Below, one piece after another: positions 12,870 through 27,800 of a stretch of DNA of 64,000 nt. The stretch's first letter is position 1, and every line of letters starts with the position of its first letter. A program made the position numbers and the translations under genes. Under the pieces are notes generated by a model. The model did no database searches. It was not told the DNA's origin and was given only the letters and a program-made list of their open reading frames with translations. Location of the stretch: positions 2,211,935 through 2,275,934 of the forward strand of contig NMRA01000004.1 of the NCBI GenBank assembly GCA_002633005.1. The letters run 5' to 3'. Source of the stretch: Phoronis australis (lineage: Eukaryota > Animalia > Phoronida).

Positions 12870-15800
12870 GTATATGAACTCGCATATTGGGCGACATTTT
12901 CCATTGGCACAGGCACAGTGTATGTGTCTGCCGCCTCTATATGAGTCAGCTTCTCTGGCCCTGTTAAGACGGTGGTGCTGTGCAATCTATGATTTGAGTC
13001 TTGTTCTTCCCTGGCGCTTGATATGAGACTGGGGAATTCCCCTGATCCATACTCAGAAATAAATTACATAGTTGAATTAGTTAAGTATATAATTTGTTTC
13101 AATTAGGCAATATCATTGAAACTTTTGTCGCTCACTTCTAATATACATGAAGTTCAAGCACCTGTCCTGTTAGGCAACTTGTCCTGATCTAAAAATTGGT
13201 TGACACGGTGACAGACCCTTATTGCCTTAATTTTCTAACTGAATTACCTTTGTTGAGGTCTGCCATTACCAAGATTGACTGTAGAAATTTTGCTTTGCCG
13301 TCGGCGTGATTTGTTTGTAAGAACTGATCAAATCTCTTTGGAGGCCAACAGGCAACTAGCTACATTCGTGTCTGTGAATAATATATTCCTGCATAGTTCT
13401 GCACACAATATCAGGCACCTGTCCTCATTCATTGTTAATTGTACACTCTCGTTGCATGTGCGCACCCAGGGGGGGAGGGGCTCGGGGGACTCGAATAAAG
13501 TGGATGAAAAAGTTGACCTCAGAGAAACAAAAACTCAGAAAAAAGTAGAAAATGAGACAAAAGTCCAGTAAAATGGCAGTAACTAACAAAATTCGGCAAA
13601 TGTACAATTCAAAAGGTCCACATGTCCACATTCTCAAAAATTTGAACCTCTCACTTTTTATGGCTGGGTGCGTGTCGCATTAACGTTGAACCATTGCTAG
13701 GCTTTGTTTAAGCCTATAGGTGTCTCTGGGTTGCTTTCTGCATTTGCTTGCTGCAATTTTGTGGTGGTCTGATTAGCAGGATCGATACATAATTCAATTA
13801 CAGAGCTAAGTAAGTATGCATATATTGCCTTTGTACTTGAGTCGGGACCGCCAGCTTCTATGTGAAATGCGGTGCTTTTGAGTCCTTGTGGACTGGACTG
13901 GCTATATCGTAGCCAGCCAGCTAGCTGTATGAAGACGATCATCAAAATAAGCTAGGTACCACTGTGTGTTTTTCTTCCATAGACCCCGAAATTTGCACAC
14001 AGCCAGGGTAATTCTGCTCGTCACCTCGCTGTGAAACCTGCATCAACATGTAGACCTAAAGACCGGACGTGTGCATGCTAAATCTGGGAATCAACCGACA
14101 CTCACCTTGCCCGTTACAACCATTCAAATGAAAAACAATGCAACAAACGTCAAAAACAGTATGCTCGTGTCATGCACATGCACCATTTCCTAAATTTTTG
14201 CAACAACTTCGCAGCAGCAAAATTTGTTCCGAAATTTGGTTTTTTGGTATCGAAATTCTAAAAACTTATAATGAAGTGAAACCAGTTCCAATGATTTGTT
14301 GTGATGTGTACGCAACCTCGTGAAAGAGCAACTCAGTTAATTGAAAAATCGGCGAAAAAAGAAACTAGCCTATAGGTGACGCAATATTTCCTGGCGCCTA
14401 AAGCTGACACAGAAGATCGCTCCACACCTTTAGCAGCAGAATAATGGTAGAACGCCATTTTTTCCGACACCGTTACTCAAATAAGCGTGTAGTTTTTAAC
14501 GACACCGATTCTATGTCAGATTTTACCACTTCTTTACTCACATTGGCGCAAAGCTGTCTATTTAGTATACAGCTTTGTACCAACGCTAGCTGTACTGGTG
14601 TATGTGGGGAGATTGTGCTGTTGTAGTTTGGAAATTTCTCTTATTGCCATGAAATAACACCGATTCATGAATACTAATAGCAGGCAGATGGACACTAGTT
14701 GTCTCATTAGATGATAAGAATCACCGCCTGTTGAAGGCACACATACGTTTGATTTTGTTTAACTCTTCTCTCTCTAGGACCGGTCCTAATTATTTGGTGG
14801 TGTCCAAATCTTCATTTGACTCAGAATTACCCTGTCTCTGATGTCTGTAGTCTTTATTTTTTGTTACATCCTGTACGCTGGTCAGCCGTGTTTCTCATAC
14901 CCCTTTGTTGTTACCACTAACTTCCTTATTGTCACCCTGTGTCTACTGCTGGAGGTGCTTCCTCCAAAGGTTTTAGATTTTCACTTCACTTTTCAGTGAG
15001 ATGTGTTTGAATTTTTTTGCTTTGATCAGAAACTTGACATCTCTGTATTATTTACCATTTAATCTAGAGTATGAAAGTCAAGGGAACCCCCCCCTGCTTG
15101 TTCTATGTTATTCAATACCTGGACTATATTAAAGGTTCAATGGCACTGGACAACTAGTTATTGTAAGTAGTTACCCAAAGGAGTTTTCACTAGAAACTTT
15201 CGCACTGCAAAACAAGTGTTGTTTCATGTATTACATTTTTATTTTTAGATGCTTCCTGATAAAGAAAAACAAAGGTTTGAGGACATGGCTAAAGAATATA
15301 AAAAGCGTATGAGGGGAGCCGAGGGGGATAAAGGTCGTTATGATAATGTGGGCAACATTATCGCTGTAAGTAATTGTTTTTGTTGTATCACATGTCTGTA
15401 GTCTGGTATTGAGGGGTTGAGTATTAGGATATTTTGACAGATTGCTCTGAACCTCCTTCAATCTTCCTACTGGTGTAGATATAGGGTGTTAATCCAGGAT
15501 CCAACGTTTAACATGCGTAAGGGTCATTCAATGTTCCTGAGGCATGCTCTATTAAAGGGCATGTCCAGCATTGTAGTTGAGATGGTTGTTGACACCTCTT
15601 AACAGATATGGTGTTGTTTTTATCTGGAAACGAAACATTGCAGATGAAAAAAGTTGCACTCGGCCATCCGTGTCATCCATTTATTGACAAACTGTGTGGC
15701 AATAAAAACGTTTATTGAAAAGGTCTTGATTTCAGGTGTGCTTGCATTTTAACAGTAACATAATACTGATTTAGCTGGAGGTATGCAGATCCCCTAAGGG

Positions 15801-18800
15801 AAGGAAATAGGGAGGGGGTTCTTACAAGGGATGTTAGGAATTCTAGCATTCTTTGAAAAAAAGCAAATTAGGTGACAATAGTCAGCGTAAACATTTCAAA
15901 AACAATCCACAAGATCAAAGATTGTCAAATTATTGGTAACTACCCTTATGAAGACGAAAGTAGTTGCTTTGAAGATTTCCAAGACTTGTGGTTTCCTCAC
16001 TCTGATTTGTTCTTTTTTCAAAGATATTTTGATTGTCTAAATGCTGTTTTTTTAATCATTTACACTGACTCCATTGATGAATATCAGAAACTTTAACAGT
16101 GTGCCTGTGTTGTGGAAATCATTGCTTGAAACAGTCACCGTTTTTGTTATTCAGGACCGTAAGGACCCCCGTGTGGAAGCTGAGAAACGACGACAGAGAG
16201 AGCAAAAAATGAACATATCCAACTGGCCCCCAGGAAATGGTAATGTGTATGACAATGTCCCATTTAATACTTGGAAAAGTTTAACACCGCTGTCTTGGTG
16301 ATTTGTGGTGTAGCGTCTGTTGTGTAGTACTAGCTGTACCTGGCTTTGAGCTCAGGCTTCCAGCTGCCATCGTGAACCGGTTTTATCATAGTTTCTTCCA
16401 CGACGAGACCCATACAGTGCCTCCATATGGCAACACATGGGCTTGGCAGGAGCTCAGATGGAACTATGCAGGATCCGACCCAAGAACAAGCTTAGTGCTA
16501 AAACTTGGCTGTGGAAGCATTTTCAGAATTCCGACGCTTTAATTCTTGAATTATGGTATATTGCATCTCCCATCAAATGTGCTGTTTGAAACTTGAGTTG
16601 GGCACATTTGCTTTTAATTGGTGTTCATTCTACCATGCGTGGTAGACATCAAGTGAGATGACAAGACAGCAGAATGTAGTTAATATCTTTAGACACTCCT
16701 CATAAATGTGAATTTGGATCTCTAGTACTACATTTTAAAAACAGAGCAATGTGACTTGGCTGGATAGAGACCTTTGTTGCTTCAAAAGAGGAATTTATAC
16801 GCATTGTGGGAAGTAACTTTGGATGTGTACACTTGCTCTGGGGAGTCACAGGTTCCTATTGTGTTTGGCTAGAGGTGAAACTGGGATGACCAGACTTGCT
16901 TTGAGGAACCATTGATCCTTCTGGGTAGATCGTTAAAGGGAGAGTATCGTTTTTGTGGCTAAAAACACAATTTTGGGATTATTTTTGAAATTATGAGTTT
17001 CACCAGAGCTTTAATTACTTAATTCATTCTGCTATTTAACGCTCAGTGATAGGACATTCGGCTGCTATTGTAAAGTTAGTGGGTTTGATACCACGATACT
17101 GCCACCTTTTGGCCAAGAATGCCCCTTTAAATGAAATGACCTGAAAACGGAAACAGTTGTGGTTGTGGACAGTAACTAGGACCAATTACAGAGCATCAAG
17201 GGCAGAGTAATGTGCCCTACTCAGCTATGTGCATTTGTATGGACATTTGTCCTCTTTTACTCATGTATCACCGTGTGTCGATTCAATTTCTCCTGTGGAC
17301 ACAAGGAATCACGAGATGGCTAATGTATCGCTACAGTTAAGACTGAAATGGCCAGACTTTGTAGAATCGTTGATTTTCTAGGATAATTTGGCTTTTTAAA
17401 CTCATGCTTTGCATTGAAACAAAATCATCTGTCCCCACTTTGTTACTCGATGTTATTTTGATAATGCTGAGTTAAATGTTTAGAAATCTGACAATACAGT
17501 GTTTTGCAAATTGTAGCATCCGTGTACACCTGACAAAATGTTGCAGGTGCTGTGTTTGGTGTAAACTTAACAATATTTTGTTTGCAGGTGTGTGTCATGT
17601 GAAATTTTACTTGATTGACTTCCAAATACTGTGTAAGACAGAAGAAGACGAATGGCTTCCTTGCGAGGTCGGAGTGGTGGAATACAGTATGAACGAAGGG
17701 ATCACAAATACACTCCATGCCTTCATAGACCCAGGTACTCTAAAGTGTCACCACTTCAGCACAAATGGTGGACAACTGGAATTTTAATTTCTCAATTTTC
17801 ACAAGAGATGTAGCACCGACTTAATGCTTTGTCATGTTTCAGTTTTCTTCCGCGGCTGTCGTCACACGGAATTTAATGTTAGATGACCGAGACAAATGTA
17901 AGGTGTTTTTAGCAGTTATTTCTGTGCAAAGTTGGGCTAGACAAAGCCACGCAATATGCTTTCATTTTCGTGTTCTGAAAAAAATGTAGTAAAGAACTTA
18001 ACAGAAATCACCGACGAAAGTGAAAAAGTTAAAGAGGTTGTACACACTATCTGAGCAGCATAATCCGGTACCAGGCACACGTTTCTCACGCAAGCCGAGA
18101 TGTCAAATTTGATGGTAAAAATTAAAATTAATGCAACTGTACCCCGTGTGCTAAGCCAGATGTACTAAACACGCTACGTCATGATGCCTCAACTGAGTTC
18201 ATCGTCAGAGCCATTAGAATTGGCCATCATCATGGGGGAACATTATTTTGTGCACCGTTGGTGTGTACTGTATTCATGCGTCATATAATTCTTGAATCTC
18301 TTCTTCAGGTCCAATCCCCACTGGCTACAGATTTGAGTGTGAATCTACCAGTAAGTGACCTTTAGCTCATTGACATTTCACCCGGCCTAGATTGAGAAAA
18401 AGTTTTCCTTGAATGTGATAGAAATGATCTGGTTGAGGGATAATGTCATTTTGGTTGAAACAGACTGAGTTTTGTAATGCTGTGCTTCATGTCTGCTCAA
18501 GTCCAGTGATGACGCCTTTGACATCAAGAAAGTAGTTTCATTCAAGACCTGGCCAATTGCCGACATAGCCTGAAATTGTGAAAGTTCATTCAAAGTGAGC
18601 CACCCAATGGGGTGGTTTGTGAGTGGAGTTTCGAGTAAAGTTTGCAAGCCATTATTCCAAGTCAAATTGTCTTTTGGGTTCTTGTTTTGGGTGAGTGGGC
18701 TGACTGTGCTATGAAGACAGATTTGAGAGCTTCTAAAGTTAGCCTTGATGAAATGGACAGGTCAAAACACTGTTAGATATGCTGGTTTTAACCAGCATGT

Positions 18801-21800
18801 TGTCAAAATTTCACCTTAAAAGTCCTTTCATACAAATAAACAATTAGCAGCTAGTCGTAATATTGTCACATTAAGCACTGACGAAAGTTCAACAAAAGCA
18901 CTTATATTTACTTGCAATGAAGGTTTGAAGAAACTGCCAAATACTTTTAGTCAAGAAGTTTTTCCAGGTTTGTAAGAAGTATGTCGGAGTCTATTGATTA
19001 TTTTGAAGACTTAAATGTAGAATATTGCTTATTGCAACGAGTGGAGGTGCATGACCCACGCTATATGGGTGTATCTGAAATGTTCATTTCGCTGTCTTTG
19101 CCACCAGGTGAGTCAACGCACAAGATTCCTGTTCAGAGATTTGAGAAGGCTGAGCGAGACTACTCATTACTCTATACCCGTCTCGTCAATTTCGCTAACC
19201 CTGGTGACAAGAACGAAGAAGTTGCCCCGTATTACACTCTGGTTTGTATTCACTTTTGTGTCGCTTGTCTGGGCGCATTCACACAGTGTTTGACAATAAC
19301 AGTAGGCCGAGCCTTCGGGACAACCAGTGTGTCTGGACAAGCTCGCGGCAATGCAGCTGGTCCAAGGGGGTAAGTTGACCCACTTGAATTTGTAAAAAAA
19401 TTCAAGAAGTGTGAATGCGCAACATGTGGTTCACCTGGAGAGTTCTGGAAACCAGTTCGCACACGAAATTGTGGAACATATTCAGTGAGCAAATTTTCCA
19501 CTCGAATAAATTCTTTTTTAATATCCGATCTTTTCAACTAGTGACAAAAGATTTACTTTTAATAATGATGAAAGCACTTTTAACTCGTTTGCATGCTTCA
19601 GTGACGTTGTTTGACATTTGATGTTCTTACGTGTGAAAACTGCTCTCTGCTCACTGGTATCCTGATATCAACGCGCCATCGAGATACATGTACCGAACAA
19701 AATCAATCTCTGTGTATGGTTTTAAATCAAGTTCAACCCCATTTAACCCTGTTGCAAACTGGTGGCTCAGTGCGGTAATATGTATGGCTTATTAATGCTC
19801 TTTAGCAGCGTTGTACCCCCGTGCCTGTAGTAAAGGAAATGTCATAAATGTCAAGCAAAAATTATGTTTAATTCTAATCGTCAGGTGTGCTTCAACTGTA
19901 CAGTTTGTAATCAAACATTTGCAGCTGTTAAGAACTGTCGAAATTTATGCGTCTCCCGATTCACAATCCCAGAAGTAACATATTTTTGCAACTGGGCATT
20001 TGAATATTGCGCATGCAAATATCTTATGACTTCAAAATGTAAACGAAAAACGAAATCTAAAGTAGAGTGGCAACTTGTAATGGAATTAAAACCACAGCGA
20101 CACATGAGGTAAACTTGTTATCAACCACGCTAAAAGAAATTCGCAGTGCTGCTGTAAGACGTTGAAGAATGCGATATGTTTTTGTTTTTGTTATGATTTT
20201 GGTGAACTCGCTAAGTGACTCAAACATGGAATGAGGCATCATGGCTGACACTACAACAAATCTTAACTTTACGCTCGCCAATTTTATGCATCGATGACAT
20301 TGTGATCAACCGGTTGTAGACTTTGCTCCCAAAGTAAACCTTGTTTCTATCACCAGCATATTTACAAATTATACAAAATAAAAAAATTAAGGATGCGAAT
20401 TGGTGATGAAGTGGAAATTAAAAGCAATAACTACTGTGTGGGTACTATTGTGAGCTACTCATTCAACATTTCCTGGCTTGAAAACACCTGCGGTCGTAAC
20501 ACGTCCATCATTGCTTTTGTTGTGCGTAAAACATCTCATAGCTAGAGTTCGAAATTATACTTCCGCAAGACCATTAAGCGTTCGATTTACCTCACCATCG
20601 ATAATTCCACATGAACATTAATTTACTTTAGTTCTAATTTCACACTAATTGTTCAGTTTTACTGTATTAAATAGTCGAGAGAAAGCTAATAAACTAAGAC
20701 TAGAGTGGCCACTAGAGAACAAACAACAAACAGTTCGATGCCTTGCTTGGCCAAAGTTCACTCGCTGACGCTAAGTCATAAAATGGTAATTTCCGACTGA
20801 GGATACGCATAATCCAAATTGGTCATCTAACCTAGGCGACCAATATGTCAACCGGAAAGGCGACTCAGCTGACGGCTCTTAGCGGATCCTTGCTGGTCTT
20901 CCAAAAATTTGTGATGTGTGCTGTAGCTTAAAACACATGATGACGTTCAAGTTTTTGTATCAGAAAAGTACTTGCCAAGAGTAAAGTGTTGAGCTCTTCC
21001 TGATGATGGTTTGTGCTGGACTAGTTCTTTGTGAAAAGTTTCAAAGGTGTGCTCATGTTTGTCACTTTTTGATATATATTAATCTGCCAAGTTTAATTCT
21101 TCAGTTACATATGTGCACACATCTGAGTAATAATCCATAGATAATAAAGGTCTGAGCTCCAGGAAAACGGTATACCCGGTATTATATCTCAAATTTAAAA
21201 TCTTTAAGAACTAATCCTCCGTGTACCGTGCCCAAGACTGGTCTATTGTAGGAGTTGACAAACCTTGACTACGCGTCATTTTTTCTTGCCATAAGCAGTG
21301 GTAGACAACTGGTGTCTAGTTTACAAAAGCGGTGAGCCTTAAAATTTAAATTTTGAGAAAATAATCTGCATTATGTTTTTCAGCGAGAAAAGTTAATATC
21401 ATTGGGTCTTTGATTTTTAAGATTCTACAAGCAATTAACGTGAGTCTAGCTTACTTACTTCTGATTACATTTTACACTTTGTTTCTGGATTTTGATAAGG
21501 CTTTGAGTTAATGGACTGTAACTATATAAAGTCTTATGTTGAAACTCGGCTTTTTTCTCTCAGGTGTCCGAAACGAGAAAAGTTTATAAATGTCTGCAGT
21601 GGCTTCACCGACACGCTAGAACTGGCGGCAGAGCTAACAGGTTACATAAGGTGTTTGAATTGGAGGGCCTACTAAGTGATCTCTTTGAGCACGAAGGTCA
21701 GGGCGTCTCATTGGCAGGCGCTACGGACCATCTAACCAGTCACTCGTATGACTACGAGTCCAACACCAGGTGCCAGTACCATGTCGATGTGGATAGCAAC

Positions 21801-24800
21801 TACTGCGCCTTGGGGGACTGCATGAAACGAGCGTGAGTAGTGTGATGTATTGTGCGAGCCGTGAATACTGTCACGTGACAAAAGTTCAGTGTCTTGGTTG
21901 TAACTGATAATGGCCTTTAGTGACATGTCACTCTTGCTGCTTTGGTAGTTAACTCTGCCTGAACTCAGCTGCCACGGGGAGTTTTGCTCTGAGTCATAAC
22001 GGCGAGAAAATCCGTGTTATTTGCTCTTTTGTGTTGGACTCGCTCTATTCCTTGACGAAGTCTTCACAGGAGAGTTTCATGACTTGTCATGTGAAAGTGT
22101 TGAGTGGACTGTGTTTTCACTATGTAAGCCTCAGTAATTTCAGTTTTCATTGATTGACAAACTGGAATTTCTTTGTATTTTTCATGATTTTAAATAATTA
22201 TGAAGATGTACCTTTACTAAGAGTCATATAATTTTCGTGCATCTGATGGTGAAATATTCAACCCTTTGGGGATACGGATGTCTTCATATTTGTTGAGTTG
22301 TTTGCCAGATGACATGGGAAACTACATTCAATTACTAGCAAATTGAATAAATCAAACAAAACAAAACAAATAGCAAGTTTGAAGTATCATTTTTAGTTTC
22401 AAGTGTCACGAATTAGAGAGATTAGTAAATAAGTGACTTACTTGAATATTAGCACGTGTGTTGTTACAGAATTCTATAAAAAGTGTAGAATGGTTCATAT
22501 TGTCCCAATTCACTGTACCAATGTGGCCAGGGTAAATGTGTTGTCTTCCTGTTGCAGATATGCCATGTCGGACACCCTAGCCAACTTGTACGACTTTACA
22601 GTCAGTGAGCGCCATCTTCCTGTTCGTGACGACTCTCTTAGCTTTACTGTTATCAGACCCGATAACCAACCAAATGAACAACGAAGGATTCCTCCTTCAA
22701 GCCAAAGAAGTTCCAGTAGCCCATCTAGACAAGGAGCTTTTGGTGCAACGGATTATCGTTATGGAAACCAGAAAATGGTATGAGGAAATTTGCTTTGAGA
22801 CTGAGGATACAACCAAGAATACTAAGTATAGGGGGTATAATGTGTGTATTTTAGTGGGTCCTGTATGCGCAACTTCAAAATGTGCACGTTTGTACAGAAA
22901 TTTGACTTATGTTTAGTATACGCTGCATATTACAAAAATGTTCAAGCCAGAACAATAAGTACACTGTAACTCATTTCTTGCAAACTTTATATTTAGTTTA
23001 AGGCTGGGTAATATGGAAACTTATTTTGTAATTTAAACATTCAGACGGAGAGTCAAAATCCCTCGTTTTTCAACAGTGCTCAAGTTTTGTGTTTTATTCA
23101 TTTTATATTTTTATCTGAGCTATGATTATTATCGGCATTTGTAGTCAAAAAGTGGTAACTGTACAATGCACCATCATTTGAAAGCAAGACTTAGTGTATG
23201 TTTCATTTAAAGTAAAAATTTACAGCTTTTATCTGAAGTCACTATTTCTTGACAGTCTATTTGAAGTTTGAAGAAAAGCCTTATTGGAGTAATAACATTA
23301 TAAGACTGGTGTAAATTGACCTATCGCACGTTTTGCCCCCTTTCGAAAATTCGACAAACAAACAATAAGTTTTACCCGGCAATGTGTTGCTTATAGGGTA
23401 AAATGGTTTCTTGGGAGCGAAGGTGTTTCAAGAATCCTGCATTCTGATTGGTCAGTTAAGCCATCACTCAAAATCCTGGTCAGTTATAGTTACAGCAAAG
23501 GAAAGTCCGAAAATCATTTAACTACACGGGCCCCAGAATTCTTAAGAGCTAATTCTGTCAGCAAAAAGTTTGCAGATTTATCTAATCTCAAATTTTGGTT
23601 GAAAAGTTTGCTGAGTTAGTGAAAAAGAAATACGCTTCCATCATACCAATGTGGTAATTTAAAATGTTGGCAGTAAAAAATAAATTTTTAATTCAAAGTT
23701 GTAAAATCCCTCTTCTTAAGTCCCCATCCGTGTCTGCCCAGTTACGTCATTGTGAATTGGTTGTGGCAGAATCTACTTCAAAAAAAGATTCATCACTGTG
23801 TGGCCTAGTTCAATGTGTCGAGGTTACTTGAAATTGGCTATAATCTCTCTTTTGTCTGGTGAGTGTCGTCAGGCACTGCCACCAGGAAGGGCAATGACTT
23901 ACTGCAGCTTTTGTGTTCATGAATTCCGCTTGCAGGCGATTGTCATGAATGAGAATTTCACTTGTGGAATTTTGCTGTGAACTGTGTGGCACAGCCACGT
24001 GGTGTTTAGCCTGTTGTGAAAACACAGATCACTGTGTATTTGTGCATTTAGTTAAATTGAAATGCAGTTAACAGTTCAGACCCATCATTAATCGCATAGT
24101 GCACTGAAGTAGAGGACAAAATCACACATATGAAATTGCCCCCCACCTAAATCGAATCAAGAAAATTCAGACATTTGACTGGCATGACCCATAGGCTCTA
24201 AAAATCGACCCATTGAGTGGAGGTCAATGTGGGTCAATTGAGTCATAGCCACAATGTTCTTAAATAACCCCTGGATGTTTAGCAATCATTGCTGTTTGCC
24301 TCAAGACTGATACATCTCACATGTTTGAGCCCAAAATGCTTAGAATCACTAATTTCATATCAAAAACACCAAAAACCAAAAAACAATCCCACATTCTACA
24401 AAGAACACACTAACCATGGCCTCTATGTTCTAGGAAGTGAAGAAGGTACCACCAGCCAACTATGAAGCTGAACCAAAATCGACAATGAGACGACCCAACG
24501 CACCAGGTACTAGTGTTGTTGACATGTCCCTTGCCTTAAACTCTAGAATCAAGTTATTGTAATGGCATATAGTCATTAGGTATATATGTGGTTGGTTTGA
24601 CAACATGGTTGAATTTCTTAATATATTTGTCAGATATTTGCACACTTACCATCAACCCTTAACAGATGAATTAAAAGTACCACTTGGTACATGTAGTTTG
24701 CAGCCTGGCCAAAATCCCAGCTCGCAATTCCGAAATCCAGCTCACACCTTGACAATCAGAAACTGGTTTGATTTTCCATGTTGTCGTACCTGTTATGCCC

Positions 24801-27800
24801 CATTCGACTAAAGTGCTGTTGTGGCATTTTTCGGGTAATGCAACTTGTCTTACTGTAGTTGAGATGCCCAGTTCGACCAATGTGAGATGGCCAACATCTC
24901 ACCCCGCATTTCCAGATTTCAGATCTCAAATGCGTCTTGTAGCCTGTTTTGTTGAACAGCTACACCTCGCACATTTTTGAAAGAAAAAATGTGTCATCGG
25001 CCAAAAAGAGCGAAAAATATGGAGCAAGGTGTTTAATGGCGCATTCATGGTACACTGAAACTTTCTACAATCTTGATCACATGCTAAATAAATTTGGATG
25101 AATTTTAACAGCATTCACTTTTTCAAAAATTGCTTGCAGTGAACACATGATTGAAACTAGTTTCTCTTATCTTTCTGGTCATTTGCTCTTGCGAAAAGGC
25201 CAGATCATTTGTATCAAGGCTTGCTTGCTAGTGCTTCTTTCTAATTCTTTTGTGTTCCACCAGCTGTGGCTAGTCAGATTCCCAGTGCTCGTCCTGCCCA
25301 GCCACCAGCTGTGGCTAGTCAGATCCCCAGTGCTCGTCCTGCCCAGCCAACTTCACTTGTGCGACCACCCACTGCCGTCGTCAGTCCTGATGTAGTGCCC
25401 CCCTGGTCCATAGGGTCAACCGCTCACATAGCTCAACAGGAACAGCAGGGCTCAAAGCAGTCACCACCTCCGTGGGTCATGAACCAGCTCACAGCAGGCA
25501 TGGGTAGGTTTGGAGGTGGCTGTTACTTGTAATGTCATGTTTATTAGGTTTTGTTAGAGAATTGAGAGTCATACTGCACTGACAGCTCCACCTTTTGACG
25601 TAATTTTGACTCTTCCTTAACAGGGCTCGACATTAATGGTTTCCCAATAGCCAGGGACAAGTAGATTTCCAAGTCTGGTGAGTGAGGCCTGGGAAGCATT
25701 TACCTGGCCTGGCAAGTGAGTTTAGGGACTGAAAATTTAGAAAACCTTGATCAATTGACATAATTAAGTCAATCTCAATCAGAATATCAGTTGCCAGGCT
25801 GGACAAGTGAACATAAGATCTAGAAAGTCATCTTAATTCCGGTTCTCTCAATTTAAGTCAATCTCCACATCCTTGCACACAGGCCTATTTATTTTCACTC
25901 CTCAGAAACTGTTGATTTCTGTTGGCTAACAAAAAGAATGACCTCAGAGAGAGAGATTAGAACTGGCTCGTGTCAGGAACGCATAATATCGACTAAATAC
26001 GCAATACAAGAGGCATTGTAGCCTTATGGGATATGTGTTTGCTTCCTTTACTCAAGGTCATGAGTTCAAGTCCCTCTGGGATACACTGCGAGACCCTTGA
26101 GTCAGGTCTCTAACTCCTCAGCTCAGTTTTAGCAGCTTTAACGATATGTTTAATAAAGCAGTGCAATGTACCCATCAGAGCTGTCTGAGGACATCTGGTA
26201 CAATGGGTAACAGAGCGCCAGCAATATTGTTTAGTTATTTAGAGCAATTAAAATTGTTTCTGTAAATAACTTTAACAGGGTCTATTGAATATTTCGTATT
26301 TTCGCAAGTGAATATCTGGATTGTGGATTATGTATCTCAGGTATTTGTGGTGTGAACGAAAGTATCATTTAGGATCTACCTGATTTAAAAATTGTCTTGT
26401 CTGGTGGCAAAACACGGCTCACTTATTGTTCAATAAAAGTCAGTAAAAATCCGAATGAGTGAGAAATCACGATTAGGGCAATTTCTACCACAGTGAGAAT
26501 CAGACTACTAGGCAGGCGAAAAGGAGGGGTTACTTGTTTGCGCACACTGCTTGGTTAACCCGTCGTTTTATTGGAGGCCGTATTTTTGGCATAGTACTGA
26601 TGTCAGTATGCATTTCATTCTTTACCCGGGCTAGGTTCAATAACACATCAAGTATCTCGCCAGAAAAGCAAGATTTTGCAAGACATCGCCATGTGTTTTC
26701 AGTGAGATCATGTGATTTTGGCGAGATTTTTTTGCCATAAGATAGCTATGCAACTTTATTCTGTCTGCTACATGCTGGTCAATTTAATTCTTTTGTTTCT
26801 GATTGTTTTTGCTTCTGAATTTCATTTAATTTTTCATTATTGAAAGTCATTTGTATCTCTGTTATATTGCTGCAACACCGTTTCAAATTGTTTAATTCAA
26901 CACCAACAAAAAATTAAATTCCGGGCAACCTGAATTTTCAGTTCTGGCAAATATAGTGGAAGAAAAAGCTTTTGTCGAGCCCTGCTTTATTTTGCAGAAT
27001 GATTGTCAAATTGACTTGTTGTGTTAGAGAGGTTATGATACGTTCCCAATTCGGCCATTTTATGATACTAAAAACACTGTCTCGTAGATATACACTGTGG
27101 TACTGTCATGGGCACATTTCAATGTTCTGCATTGCTCTTGTTTATAGCTGGCATGGGCAGAGGTACTATACCCCCAATGAGATTCGCCAGCCAACCAGGA
27201 CAGTCAGCTGCAACTGTTGCTACACAACCTGCCGCTGCGTGGCAACAAAGTAGTCCAGTAAGAGGTATGATGCAAAGTTAGTTTATTCAAAAAAATGTTC
27301 TCTGAAAAACAGGCAAAATTATGCAGGAAGTATTTTGGCTTTGTTTTCAAATGTCTTGATTTATTTTAATTTATTGTTATCTAGTTTCCTTCTGTATTCT
27401 TGCCAATTTGGACAAATTCCATCAACAATGTTCTATCAACTTTCTTTTGTACCATTCTGGTAAACATTTAGAACCATTGAGTATCAGTGGGTGGTTGGTA
27501 TAAACTGATGAACACTACCCACTCCTTAACGTCTCCAATTCCACGGTGTGTACTGTCTGAAGTTGATTCATCATCTCTTCCAATTTACCACCCACGAAGG
27601 TAACAAAAGTGCACCCCTTGTCTTACCTATTTAATTGGTTATCACGGATTCAGCTTTTAGTGTTAAACTGTTTCTCTCTGCTCATCAGTGTAACTAGAAG
27701 TCAAAATGTTTACAGCTTTTAGTGTTAAACTGTTTCTCTCTGCTCATCAGTGTAACTAGATGTCAAAACGTTTACATTCCAGACTGTATTTTGTATTTTG

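Noticed and set aside
16933-17130. Small TTAAAGG...CCTTTAA Kolobok-like MITE
   Set aside because: The inverted match is short and imperfect, with two alternative right ends; not enough support.
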